DNA of 54,413 nucleotides from Candidatus Cloacimonadota bacterium (GCA_030611765.1 JAUWPE010000001.1:1-54413), one strand, 5' to 3'; numbered from the stretch's first letter, positions 8,837-17,392 are shown. Notes: generated by a model not told the origin, from the sequence alone. Numbers and translations: made by a program.

Positions 8837-9355
8837 TTTACTCCTTGGGAATATTTAGCCACGAAATCACACGAAAATTCACAAAAAATATAATATATTA
8901 GCAAACCAACTTTAATATTGGTTGCATTAAGATAATTAATGATTTGGGCTTGATGACTAAGATTTAATTTTTCTTCTGCTTTTAGTTCCCATATAATTTT
9001 CTTCTCAATAAGAATATCGGCAAAATATTCGCCAACCTTTTTACATTTATAATATACTACTATTGGATATTCCTTTTCAGCTTGAAAACCGTTGTTAATT
9101 AATTCAATAATTAAAGCATTTTGATTCACCCTGTTAAGTAACTCTATTAGATTTATATTGAAATTTATTCTTCCATTCATGTCATATAAAAATCCAATAC
9201 ACTTTGTTTGTATTATACTTAACAGGGTAAACTTTTTCTAAAAACCCATATCCTAATTCATTCCATACGGTGAAGGCACATTCTATAATTTTATAACATT
9301 CTTCTTTGAATAGAATATTTCTTTTCGTGTGATTTTGTGTGGTTTTGTGGCTCAT
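8833..9355 (-). pseudogene. GxxExxY protein (PD-(D/E)XK family) split by a 97-bp insertion
   Basis: The N-terminal 57-codon ORF (9182..9355, below the track cutoff) reads MSHKTTQNHTKRNILFKEECYKIIECAFTVWNELGYGFLEKVY... with the GxxExxY motif. The C-terminal ORF 8833..9180 carries ...VNQNALIIELINNGF..VGEYFADILIEKKIIWELKAEE..AQIINYLNATNIKVGLLI in a different frame. Confidence 0.75.
9130..9226. mobile_element. 97-bp MITE-like insertion with perfect terminal inverted repeats CCTGTTAAGTA / TACTTAACAGG
   Basis: The TIR extends to 13 bp (ACCCTGTTAAGTA at 9128-9140, TACTTAACAGGGT at 9216-9228). AT-rich interior. Removing exactly 9130-9226 joins ...EKVY to VNQNAL... in frame, giving one 141-aa ORF. 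Confidence 0.55.
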
Positions 9356-10356
9356 TTTATATCATTTCTTTTAATAATGTCTACTATCTTTTCAAAAATC
9401 TCTTCAGGTTTTATATCCATCATACATTTGAAATGAGCTTTCGGACATTTACCTCTTCCATGTAAACTGCAGGGACGGCAGGGCAGGTCCTTTTGAATAA
9501 TAACTGCATTTGTATTGATTGGCGAAAAACCAAGTTTCGGATGTGTCGGTCCAAAAATCGCTATCTGCGGTATGCCAAAGGCAGCAGCAATATGCATTGG
9601 TCCACAGTCTCCACTGATGAAAAGGTCTGAATGTTTGATGATCACAGCTGATTCTGTCAAAGTTGTCCTGCCTCCGAGATTGAGAATTTCGGTTTCAGAT
9701 ACAGCAGCAAGTTCCGTTGTCAAATTTTTCTCTTGCGTAGTTCCGATAAGCACAATTCTGACATCGTAATGATCCAAAAGATGCCGAATTATCTTTTTAT
9801 AATACTCGGTAGGATATTGCTTTGTATGCCATGAAGCGCCTGGGGAGATAGTCACGATTCGTGTTTTATCAGCAGGCAAAAAGGAAGCTACGATATCATG
9901 CTCATTATCAGGAAGAAATAACTCAAGTTTCCTTTCATCAAGTGAAAGGTCGAAATCCTCCAGCACTGAAGCGTAAAGATCCACAGTAGAAAAAATCGGT
10001 TTCAGGTCATGATCTTTCAGCATTTTTTTTCTATAGTTATGCTTTTTTTTATAAGTAATAACTTTCCCCCGCACAAAGCGCTTGATCAGAGCAGAGCGTA
10101 ATTTATCATGCAAATCTATGATGTGAGTATAGTGCTCCTTTTGCAGGCGGGTTATAAGCAGAAGCATCGATTCATTTTCGGAATCAAAGCTGATGATAGT
10201 ATCAATAAACGGATTATATTCCAGAAGAGTAGAAAACTGTTTTTTTGTGAGAAAGTGGATTTCAGCATCCGGGAAATGTGTACGAAAAGCACGAATAATC
10301 GGAGTGGTGAGCAGCACATCTCCGAGAGAACTGAACCGTATAAAAAGCACTTTCAT
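9352..10356 (-). CDS. glycosyltransferase family 9 protein (LPS heptosyltransferase-like)
   Basis: 334 aa. N-terminal MKVLFIRFSSLGDVLLTTP and C-terminal GDCGPMHIAAAFGIP are hallmarks of the RfaF/RfaC-type GT9 fold. Confidence 0.8.
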   Translation of the reverse strand: MKVLFIRFSSLGDVLLTTPIIRAFRTHFPDAEIHFLTKKQFSTLLEYNPFIDTIISFDSENESMLLLITRLQKEHYTHIIDLHDKLRSALIKRFVRGKVITYKKKHNYRKKMLKDHDLKPIFSTVDLYASVLEDFDLSLDERKLELFLPDNEHDIVASFLPADKTRIVTISPGASWHTKQYPTEYYKKIIRHLLDHYDVRIVLIGTTQEKNLTTELAAVSETEILNLGGRTTLTESAVIIKHSDLFISGDCGPMHIAAAFGIPQIAIFGPTHPKLGFSPINTNAVIIQKDLPCRPCSLHGRGKCPKAHFKCMMDIKPEEIFEKIVDIIKRNDIK

Positions 10357-10624
10357 AGAGAAAAGTTTAATGTGTACACCACAACTCCTGTCAATCTTTG
10401 CAAATGGAAAATCTTTTCAGGCATACCCCCAAAATTTAGACACCCGTTTTATGCAGAGCCCATTAATAAAGGGATAGCATGATATTTTTGGTGGAAAATT
10501 ACTACTTAATTTCGTTGCGGAAATCTTTCAATAAAACAAAAAAAGCAATGTCATCTTCCGCCAGCTGGCGGAGGACAAGCTTTCACGGGAATGACATTCC
10601 CTTTTTTGGTTGGAAGATTTTTTT

Positions 10625-10934
10625 AACACGAGTCGGTCGTGAAGGGAACGACTCGGGTTGTACTGAATGTTGAATATCGATTAACGAATGATGATCTTAG
10701 AAGGAGATCGTGCACAGACTTGCTTCGTGGCGAAGCATGAAGCGAGGATGTGCATCCGTCCTCGAATCACACTTTTAACCCGTTTACCCTGTGTAATCTC
10801 TTATATCTTTTATTACACATGGGTGAAATCTGTTTTTTATTTATCCTGTGAAATCGCATCTTTATATATTTCACTGGGATTTCACAGGGTCGCTTTGCTC
10901 GCTGCGATTCAAGTCTAAAAGAATTATCTTGTCA
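10625..10934 (+). repeat. ~310-bp composite repeat, copy A (inverted partner at 20456-20767)
   Basis: By-eye alignment with the reverse complement of 20456-20767 gives 6 substitutions and 1 single-base indel over ~310 bp. Confidence 0.9.
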
Positions 10935-11073
10935 CAAGCTTGTCAGGGCGTATCCTAATTTATTTGTCCCGCCTGCCCTGTGAAATAAATCTTCGATTTT
11001 CCATTAAGGGATTTAACAGGGTGAACTGGGATCAGGTGAAGACCGATCTCAGAGCTTGTGATAAGTAATTCGT

Positions 11074-11193
11074 ATGCTTTTGCATCCGCCAGCTGGCGGA
11101 TGCACTCCAAAAAGGATCTCTAAATTAAAAACATTGTCACTCTGAGCATACCTGAAGCACGGAGTGCAAGGGTATAGTCGAAGAGTCTATTTT
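11074..11193 (+). repeat. ~120-bp composite repeat, copy A (inverted partner at 20181-20299)
   Basis: Contains the 22-bp perfect palindrome GCATCCGCCAGCTGGCGGATGC (11082-11103) and the TGTCACTCTGAGC...GTCGAAGAGTCTAT module. Two mismatches versus the partner. Confidence 0.9.
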
Positions 11194-11450
11194 TTATAAA
11201 CAGCACTACATAATTATCTTGTCACAAGCCGCAGAGCTTTGTGATAAGTAATTTCCATGTATTCTTTTCAACTTAAGACATGCTCTTCGACTCACCTTCA
11301 TAATACTTCCGCTTTTGCTGCGCTACAGCGTGATAAAACGGCGCAGCAGGCATGTCTCAAGTCTATATTTGCTTTATCTCAGCAAAAATTATTGTCACAC
11401 TGAGGTACTTGAAGTGTGAATAATGATAAGATAATCAAGATCAATACGAA

Positions 11451-11485
11451 ATAAAAAATCGGCTTACCGTTTCTGATAAGCCGAT
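11451..11485 (-). terminator. rho-independent terminator of the 11519..13003 gene
   Basis: Stem ATCGGCTTA (11458-11466) / TAAGCCGAT (11477-11485) with a 10-nt loop, followed on the minus strand by TTTTTTAT. Confidence 0.7.
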
Positions 11486-11518
11486 CGAAGAATATCGTAT
11501 TGAAATGTTTCCAGAATA

Positions 11519-13003
11519 TTATTTCTGAGAAATCTGAACAATTTCAGGTTTTACGTTTTTATATCGAGGCATGCTCATCCCGATATTTGCATTGATGTAG
11601 GTGGGATCGCATATTATATATTTTTCCCCATTCACTATGACATAATCGCCGGGCACATTATCGATCTTAACCGCAGTGGCAATATGTCCCGGATAATCCA
11701 AGCCGATCACTTCAAGACCAAGAAGCTTTTTCACAAGATAAGCAAAAATAATTGAGCGGTCTTCGCAGTCACAATAGGGATAGTAAAGTGTTTCTTCAGC
11801 AAAGAGACACTTCTCTTTCCCAAATTGCTGTTGGTCTGTCTTATACTCAAAAGCAGTTTGGACAAAACGCAGCAGGATGTTAAGAGCTTCAGATTTTGTC
11901 TTTCCGGTCAAGATCGGTTTAAGTTGTTCGACCAGCGAAGCATAGGATTCATTCATCAGGGGGGTATTAAAATAAATCGGATATGAAGTGTGCGGATAGG
12001 TGTTCAGGAAGTTCACAATGTTTTTATTGTACGTATATTTTATCGTATAATCTGTTCCATTATAGGAAAATATTACCTGCTTTGGCACATCCCCACACAA
12101 AGCAGGAAGCGTGTTCATGTTCAGCGAAACGATCTTTTTTGCGTCGGGATAATCGCCTTCGTAGGTGTACATAGAACCAAGCTGAAGCTCTTTCCCGTCG
12201 AGAGAAACCACGTAGAAACGCCTTTTATCGATCGTAAAGTACGGAGCCCCAAAAATTGTATCTTTGCTTGGAAGAAGCAGATAGACCTGCTTGTTTGAGT
12301 AGCCGACCTTAGCATTATAACCCGATTTGTTCAGCATAAACCAGGTGAACAGGCGCGCTTCGGTCTCTTTACCGGCATTGATAACTTTGCCCATGTTGTA
12401 GAGCAGCGTGCAATAACCCCAGTCATTCAGAGCGAGGGATTTTTTATAGGATTCCGCTTTCTGTAATGTGCTTTCGAATTTCGCATTACTGATCTTTTTC
12501 CAGTACTCTGCAATAGTTTCATTATTTGGCTTTCCTTTTAATGAAATATTTAGAGAGGATTCATCGGGCATAGATATCGGCATTTTATAGAAATTAAAAT
12601 GTGGTGAAAGCACATCTTCTTTTGCCTGTTGTTCGGCAGGAATTGTGCCGTGTTTTGTCTGTAGTTGAGTTTGGGGCGATTTCATGGAAGTATGTGATTT
12701 TGGCACATCGAGTTCCTTTACGGTATCATCCCGTTCTTTTTCGGTTTGCTGGAGCGGTTGTGGTTCTGCTTGCGGGATAACGGCTGGTTTTGGTGTGTCA
12801 TCGACTTTCAATCCCTGGAAAACCTGGAATTGCTTCCAGTCATCTTCGAGGAATTGCATGAACAGCTTGTCCTGCTCGGTTTTATAGTCCTCGATTTTTT
12901 GCTGTTCCTTTTTGAGCCACTCCTCATAGTCGCTTTGGGCGAGCAAGGGTGCTGTGTTAAAAACAAGTAAAATTGCGATAAAAATTTGAATTTTATTCTT
13001 CAT
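11519..13003 (-). CDS. secreted protein with C-terminal transglutaminase-like (Cys-His-Asp) domain
   Basis: Signal peptide MKNKIQIFIAILLVFNTAPLLA. Low-complexity Q/E/K-rich linker. C-terminal YCDCEDRSIIFAYL...YPGHIATAVKI...YIICDPTY matches the Cys...His...Asp spacing of transglutaminase-like cysteine peptidases. Confidence 0.55.
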   Translation of the reverse strand: MKNKIQIFIAILLVFNTAPLLAQSDYEEWLKKEQQKIEDYKTEQDKLFMQFLEDDWKQFQVFQGLKVDDTPKPAVIPQAEPQPLQQTEKERDDTVKELDVPKSHTSMKSPQTQLQTKHGTIPAEQQAKEDVLSPHFNFYKMPISMPDESSLNISLKGKPNNETIAEYWKKISNAKFESTLQKAESYKKSLALNDWGYCTLLYNMGKVINAGKETEARLFTWFMLNKSGYNAKVGYSNKQVYLLLPSKDTIFGAPYFTIDKRRFYVVSLDGKELQLGSMYTYEGDYPDAKKIVSLNMNTLPALCGDVPKQVIFSYNGTDYTIKYTYNKNIVNFLNTYPHTSYPIYFNTPLMNESYASLVEQLKPILTGKTKSEALNILLRFVQTAFEYKTDQQQFGKEKCLFAEETLYYPYCDCEDRSIIFAYLVKKLLGLEVIGLDYPGHIATAVKIDNVPGDYVIVNGEKYIICDPTYINANIGMSMPRYKNVKPEIVQISQK

Positions 13004-13140
13004 AAATATACTCCGATCTTTTAATCTGGAATCTTATGTTAGATAAGATGAAAGATTGAATATTTTATGGCAAGAAAAAAATATAATTGCTTTATCTCAT
13101 GAAGTCGGGATTTTAATTTTTCTGGTTTTCAACTGAAAAA

Positions 13141-13199
13141 ATGTCAACATATTGACTAAATTACGCCAAATTATGTCAACATACTGACAAAATTACGGG
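13141..13199 (+). repeat. tandem 27-bp direct repeat, each unit carrying a TGTCAA-N4-(T/C)TGAC palindrome
   Basis: ATGTCAACATATTGACTAAATTACGCC (13141-13167), 5-nt spacer, ATGTCAACATACTGACAAAATTACGGG (13173-13199); 23/27 identical. Sits in a divergent promoter region. Confidence 0.6.
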
Positions 13200-13229
13200 T
13201 GGCGATCAGGGGTTTTTTGAAATATTTTC

Positions 13230-13540
13230 CAATAATATATCGCGACTATGGCGCTTTGTATCGTTTTTTTCACATACAGGATGCTCACGCATCCGGTTTT
13301 AAACATTCAACACCTACGGTGTAGATGGCTATCATCACTTCCGAAAATGTATTCCAAGACAAAATAACGAGATAAGGATTGAACTAAAAGTTCCGATAGG
13401 AACGATATGTATGTAACAGAGAGCGTAAGCTCTCGGAGCCAAAAAACAATAATGACCTTAGCACCGTAGGCGCGAAATGTAAATTTAACTTTTTTTACCT
13501 GACAACGCAACCGTTCACCGAGCTTGACATTCAATTCCCA
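13230..13540. repeat. array of mini-hairpins (4-6 bp stems, 3-4 nt loops) with AT-rich tails
   Basis: GGATGCtcacGCATCC (~13281-13296), CACCtacGGTG (13311-13321), GTTCCgataGGAAC (13390-13403), GAGCgtaaGCTC (13421-13432). The word TCCGATAGGAACGATATGT resembles TCCATAGGAGCGATATAT at 46711. Confidence 0.6.
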
Positions 13541-13585
13541 TAATAATAATGTATTCCACTTTTATTTTAAGGATTTTGAAATTTT

Positions 13586-16432
13586 ATGAAAAAAAATATA
13601 ATTATTAAGGGTGCATCCGAGCACAATCTTAAGAATATTGATGTCACACTTCCGCGAAATAAACTCATTGTATTCACCGGAGTGAGCGGCTCGGGAAAAT
13701 CATCACTGGCGTTTGATACGCTATATGCAGAAGGACAGCGCAGGTATATAGAATCGCTTTCATCCTATGCACGGCAATTTCTCGGGCAGATGGAAAAACC
13801 AAAAGTTGATTATATCGAGGGCTTATCCCCGGCAGTTTCTATAGAGCAGAAGGCAGCAAGCCACAATCCGCGATCAACTGTCGGAACAGTTACAGAAATT
13901 TATGATTATCTTCGAGTGCTCTATGCCCGTATTGGAACTCAGTATTGTTACCGGTGTGGCGAACCCGTGTCTTCACAAACACTTGATCAGATGGTTGATA
14001 CGCTGCTTGAGATTGAACCGGGAACAAGGATACAGATATTAGCACCTCTTGTGCGTGAAAGGAAAGGCGAACATAAGGATGTGCTCAGCCGCATTAAGCG
14101 GGAGGGTTTTGTACGCATGCGTGTGAATGGCGTGATCCATGACGTAAATGATACTATAAAATTAGATAAAAAAAGCAAGCACAATATCGAAGTTATTGTC
14201 GATAGATTGGTTATTAAGAAGGGCATAGAGAGCAGACTTACGGATTCGATGGAACTTGCCCTCGATCTTGCAGACGGTGTGGTTATGGTAGATTTCACCA
14301 CGAAGAACGAAACCCGGCTTTTCAGCATTCAAAATGCATGTCCGAAATGCAATATCAGTTATCCAAAACTTAATCCCCAGATGTTCTCATTTAACAGTCC
14401 TCTTGGAATGTGCGAAACCTGTAATGGACTGGGCACCCGTATGGAACTCGATGAAGATAAGATCGTTCCGGATAAAAATAAATCCCTTCTGGAAGGCGCA
14501 GTTCATTTTTGGGGAACCTTGCAGGAAAAACGCCGTTCATGGCGATATAAAATTTTACTGCAGTTGTCCGATGAGTTCGGTTTTTCCCTTAAGACGCCCT
14601 GGAATAAACTGAGCGAACTTGCACACGATGTCATTCTCTATGGTTCGAGAGGAAAAAAGTTCAGGATTGACTGGGATATGGAAACCAGCTCCGGACATTA
14701 TATGACCCAATTCGAAGGGCTTATTCCCACAATTCAGCGCAGGTTCAGAGAAACAAAATCCGAAGCAATGCGGAAAATGTATCTGACCTATTACAGCGAG
14801 AAACCCTGCATAAGCTGTGATGGCACAAAGCTTCGTATCGAGAGCAGGCATGTGAAAATAAATGGGAAATCAATAGTTGAACTCTCCCAAATGTCTATAA
14901 GAGACGCTTACGGCTTTATTAAAAATCTGAAATTGAGAGGCAACAAGCAGATCATAGCAGCGGAGCTAGTCAAAGAGATCAAGGCACGTCTGCAGTTTAT
15001 GCTGAATGTCGGGCTGCATTACCTTACACTCGACAGAAGTGCCCCGACACTCTCCGGCGGAGAATCCGAACGCATCCGTCTTGCCAGCCAGATCGGAAGT
15101 GGACTTGTAGGCGTGATGTATATCCTTGATGAACCCACAATCGGGCTGCATCAGCGTGATAACAGACGACTCATAAATATGCTTGCAGGTTTGCGGTCGA
15201 TTGGCAACACTGTGATCGTTGTAGAGCACGATGCAGAAATGATTAAAAGGGCTGACCATATTCTTGATTTCGGTCCTCTCGGCGGAATGTATGGCGGTGA
15301 GATCGTTGCACAGGGTTCGCTTGAGGATATTATTAAAAATGATAATTCCCTTACCGGCAAGTATATTTCAGGCGTCATGAGCATTCCCGATCCGAAATTC
15401 TACCGGGTAAAAAAACATGGCTTTATCACACTCAAAGGGGTGCGTCAGAATAATCTCAAGAATATTAATGTGAAGATCCCGCTTGGAGTTTTTACATGTA
15501 TAACAGGCGTGTCCGGTTCCGGAAAAAGTTCCCTCATCAACCAGACTCTATATCCCGTGATCGCAAACCGGCTGTATCATAGCGCTCATACAGAAGGTAA
15601 ATACAAAAACATAGAAAACCTCGAGAGCATCGATAAAATTATCAATATAACACAAGACCCGATTGGAAGAACTCCAAGGTCAAATCCAGCCACATATACT
15701 AAAGTATTTGACGAGATCCGAAATATCTTTGCTCAAACTCCCTCCGCAAAAGTGCGTGGTTATAAACCAGGACGGTTTAGTTTCAATGTCACTGGCGGAC
15801 GCTGTGAATCCTGCAGGGGAAATGGTGTAAAGCAGATTGAAATGCACTTTCTCGCAGACGTGTTTGTGACCTGTGAGGTGTGTAAAGGTAAGCGCTTCAA
15901 TAAAGAAACCCTCCAAATCAAATACAAGGATAAAAATATTTATGATGTGCTGAATATGGATGTTCAGGAAGCGCTGAAATTTTTTGAAAACATACCTACA
16001 ATAAAAAGAAAATTGCAAACCCTTTGTGAAGTTGGTTTGGATTATATCAAGCTCGGACAACCCTCACCCACACTTTCCGGAGGTGAAGCACAGAGGGTCA
16101 AGCTCTCAAAAGAACTAAGTAAAACGAGCACCGGAAATACACTCTACATTCTTGATGAGCCGACCACAGGTCTCCATTTTCATGATATCAGAAAGCTTAT
16201 TTCAGTTCTAAACAAGCTGATAGACAAGGGAAATACAGTTGTTGTCATCGAGCATAATCTTGATGTGATCAAGTGTGCGGATTATATCATAGATCTGGGT
16301 CCTGAAGGCGGCGACGAGGGCGGCGAGATCGTTACGACAGGCACCCCTTATCAGGTAGCAAAAGAAAAAAAATCCTATACAGGTCAATTTCTCGAGTCTC
16401 TTTTTTCCGAATCAAATAAGCGAAAGAATTGA
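13586..16432 (+). CDS. uvrA: excinuclease ABC subunit A
   Basis: 948 aa. Two ABC modules with Walker [10 protein letters not shown] twice and LSGGE signature twice. CxxC zinc-finger pairs. N-terminal [14 protein letters not shown] typical of UvrA. Confidence 0.95.
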   Translation: MKKNIIIKGASEHNLKNIDVTLPRNKLIVFTGVSGSGKSSLAFDTLYAEGQRRYIESLSSYARQFLGQMEKPKVDYIEGLSPAVSIEQKAASHNPRSTVGTVTEIYDYLRVLYARIGTQYCYRCGEPVSSQTLDQMVDTLLEIEPGTRIQILAPLVRERKGEHKDVLSRIKREGFVRMRVNGVIHDVNDTIKLDKKSKHNIEVIVDRLVIKKGIESRLTDSMELALDLADGVVMVDFTTKNETRLFSIQNACPKCNISYPKLNPQMFSFNSPLGMCETCNGLGTRMELDEDKIVPDKNKSLLEGAVHFWGTLQEKRRSWRYKILLQLSDEFGFSLKTPWNKLSELAHDVILYGSRGKKFRIDWDMETSSGHYMTQFEGLIPTIQRRFRETKSEAMRKMYLTYYSEKPCISCDGTKLRIESRHVKINGKSIVELSQMSIRDAYGFIKNLKLRGNKQIIAAELVKEIKARLQFMLNVGLHYLTLDRSAPTLSGGESERIRLASQIGSGLVGVMYILDEPTIGLHQRDNRRLINMLAGLRSIGNTVIVVEHDAEMIKRADHILDFGPLGGMYGGEIVAQGSLEDIIKNDNSLTGKYISGVMSIPDPKFYRVKKHGFITLKGVRQNNLKNINVKIPLGVFTCITGVSGSGKSSLINQTLYPVIANRLYHSAHTEGKYKNIENLESIDKIINITQDPIGRTPRSNPATYTKVFDEIRNIFAQTPSAKVRGYKPGRFSFNVTGGRCESCRGNGVKQIEMHFLADVFVTCEVCKGKRFNKETLQIKYKDKNIYDVLNMDVQEALKFFENIPTIKRKLQTLCEVGLDYIKLGQPSPTLSGGEAQRVKLSKELSKTSTGNTLYILDEPTTGLHFHDIRKLISVLNKLIDKGNTVVVIEHNLDVIKCADYIIDLGPEGGDEGGEIVTTGTPYQVAKEKKSYTGQFLESLFSESNKRKN

Positions 16433-16489
16433 CATGCATATAGCATAGCAGTATTTATGATTATCATATATTTAATGGAGAATAAAAAT

Positions 16490-17392
16490 ATGAAAAGGTC
16501 TTTCGTCCCGTTGGTCATGATATGCCTTGTTTTTATCGGGCTGATTTCGTGCACCTCAAATGAGAGACCCTTCAGAGCAGCCAAATTTTCCGTTAAACTA
16601 CAACCAAATCCTCTTGACTCAACTCTCACAGATGTATTCGTGAAAAATGTGAAAAAAGACCAATCTCAGCTCTTCATCACGCTTCCCGACGTAGAGGTAC
16701 AGCATTACCATCAGGCGGAATTTCATAAAGGTTCGGTATATGTTATTCGTCGCAAGTACCCCTTTTCTGAATTTCCTGATCAATGGAAGGATGAGCTGTG
16801 GAAATACACGAGTATGAAAAAAGGCGACTGTATTTATTCTTCACGGGGCATGGATTTTCGAGTATCTCCACAGGAGCGGGATATTGCGCTGGTTTCTGAT
16901 ACAACGCTTTATTTTATTGATGCTATTGACGGATCATTAATAACGCATTTCAACCCTGCGGAATTATCGGATGTACATGCAAAGGATATTCAAATCCAGC
17001 CGCTAACATGGACGAAAGGAGGAACATTCTTCTGGGGATCTCTCTACAGAACAGTGAACATCCTCACCTTTTTCCGTGTTATTGCAGAAACTTGGGAAGT
17101 TGACTACTATGATGTCGATTCACTAAACATAAACTCATCAGACTATGCACTCAATCCCGAAAACGGTATGCTCGTGTACAGTGATTTTCCTGCTATTTTT
17201 GATGTGGATACCTATCAGCACGTGAAAAGGAGTAAGATACGGGTTAATCTTTACCTTTATGGTCTGAAAAGCGGCGAAAGCAGATTGTTGGCGACAACTT
17301 ATTCAAAAGATTTCAAACCCCGATGGTTATCTTCCGGAACAATAGAGGTAAATAATCCCGAAGGCGACGGACGTATAATTCTCTCATTGTAA
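16490..17392 (+). CDS. hypothetical lipoprotein
   Basis: ORF 16457..17392. Start moved to MKRSFVPLVMICLVFIGLISC (lipobox L-I-S-C) with GGAG 9 nt upstream. No family recognised. Confidence 0.6.
   Translation: MKRSFVPLVMICLVFIGLISCTSNERPFRAAKFSVKLQPNPLDSTLTDVFVKNVKKDQSQLFITLPDVEVQHYHQAEFHKGSVYVIRRKYPFSEFPDQWKDELWKYTSMKKGDCIYSSRGMDFRVSPQERDIALVSDTTLYFIDAIDGSLITHFNPAELSDVHAKDIQIQPLTWTKGGTFFWGSLYRTVNILTFFRVIAETWEVDYYDVDSLNINSSDYALNPENGMLVYSDFPAIFDVDTYQHVKRSKIRVNLYLYGLKSGESRLLATTYSKDFKPRWLSSGTIEVNNPEGDGRIILSL

Larger units (their letters stand above)
10545..11450. repeat. mosaic array of palindromic hairpin modules (locus A)
   Basis: At least a dozen consecutive imperfect and perfect hairpins. 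Modules are shared with 20.05-20.77 kb and 37.7-38.3 kb in a different order and orientation. Confidence 0.85.

Noticed and set aside
10688-10918. 76-aa ORF, and its 83-aa twin at 20430..20681, inside the ~310-bp repeat
   Set aside because: Both run through consecutive hairpin modules. The single-base indel between the two copies puts their N-terminal halves in different frames, so no protein is conserved. No RBS. Treated as repeat artefacts.
10895-10920. tRNA T-arm-like GCGATTCAAGTC
   Set aside because: No acceptor, D or anticodon arms can be drawn around it. It is part of the ~310-bp repeat. I found no convincing tRNA, rRNA, tmRNA, RNase P or SRP RNA signatures anywhere in the window.
11134-11175. 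TPP-riboswitch-like words (CTGAGC...ACCTGAAGC)
   Set aside because: The spacing and the rest of the THI-box consensus are absent. The sequence is a multicopy repeat module also found inverted at 20195-20240 and is not upstream of thiamine genes.
10545-11450. Possible CRISPR array, given many short palindromic repeats
   Set aside because: There is no constant-length direct repeat alternating with unique spacers. The modules differ from one another, occur in both orientations and nest. No cas genes are in the window.
13307-13534. 75-aa minus-strand ORF upstream of uvrA; similar ORFs at 20047..20253, 26976..27170, 35795..36052 and 10479..10673
   Set aside because: All lie entirely within hairpin/word repeat arrays, lack an RBS and have junk-like composition. 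They are explained by the repeats.
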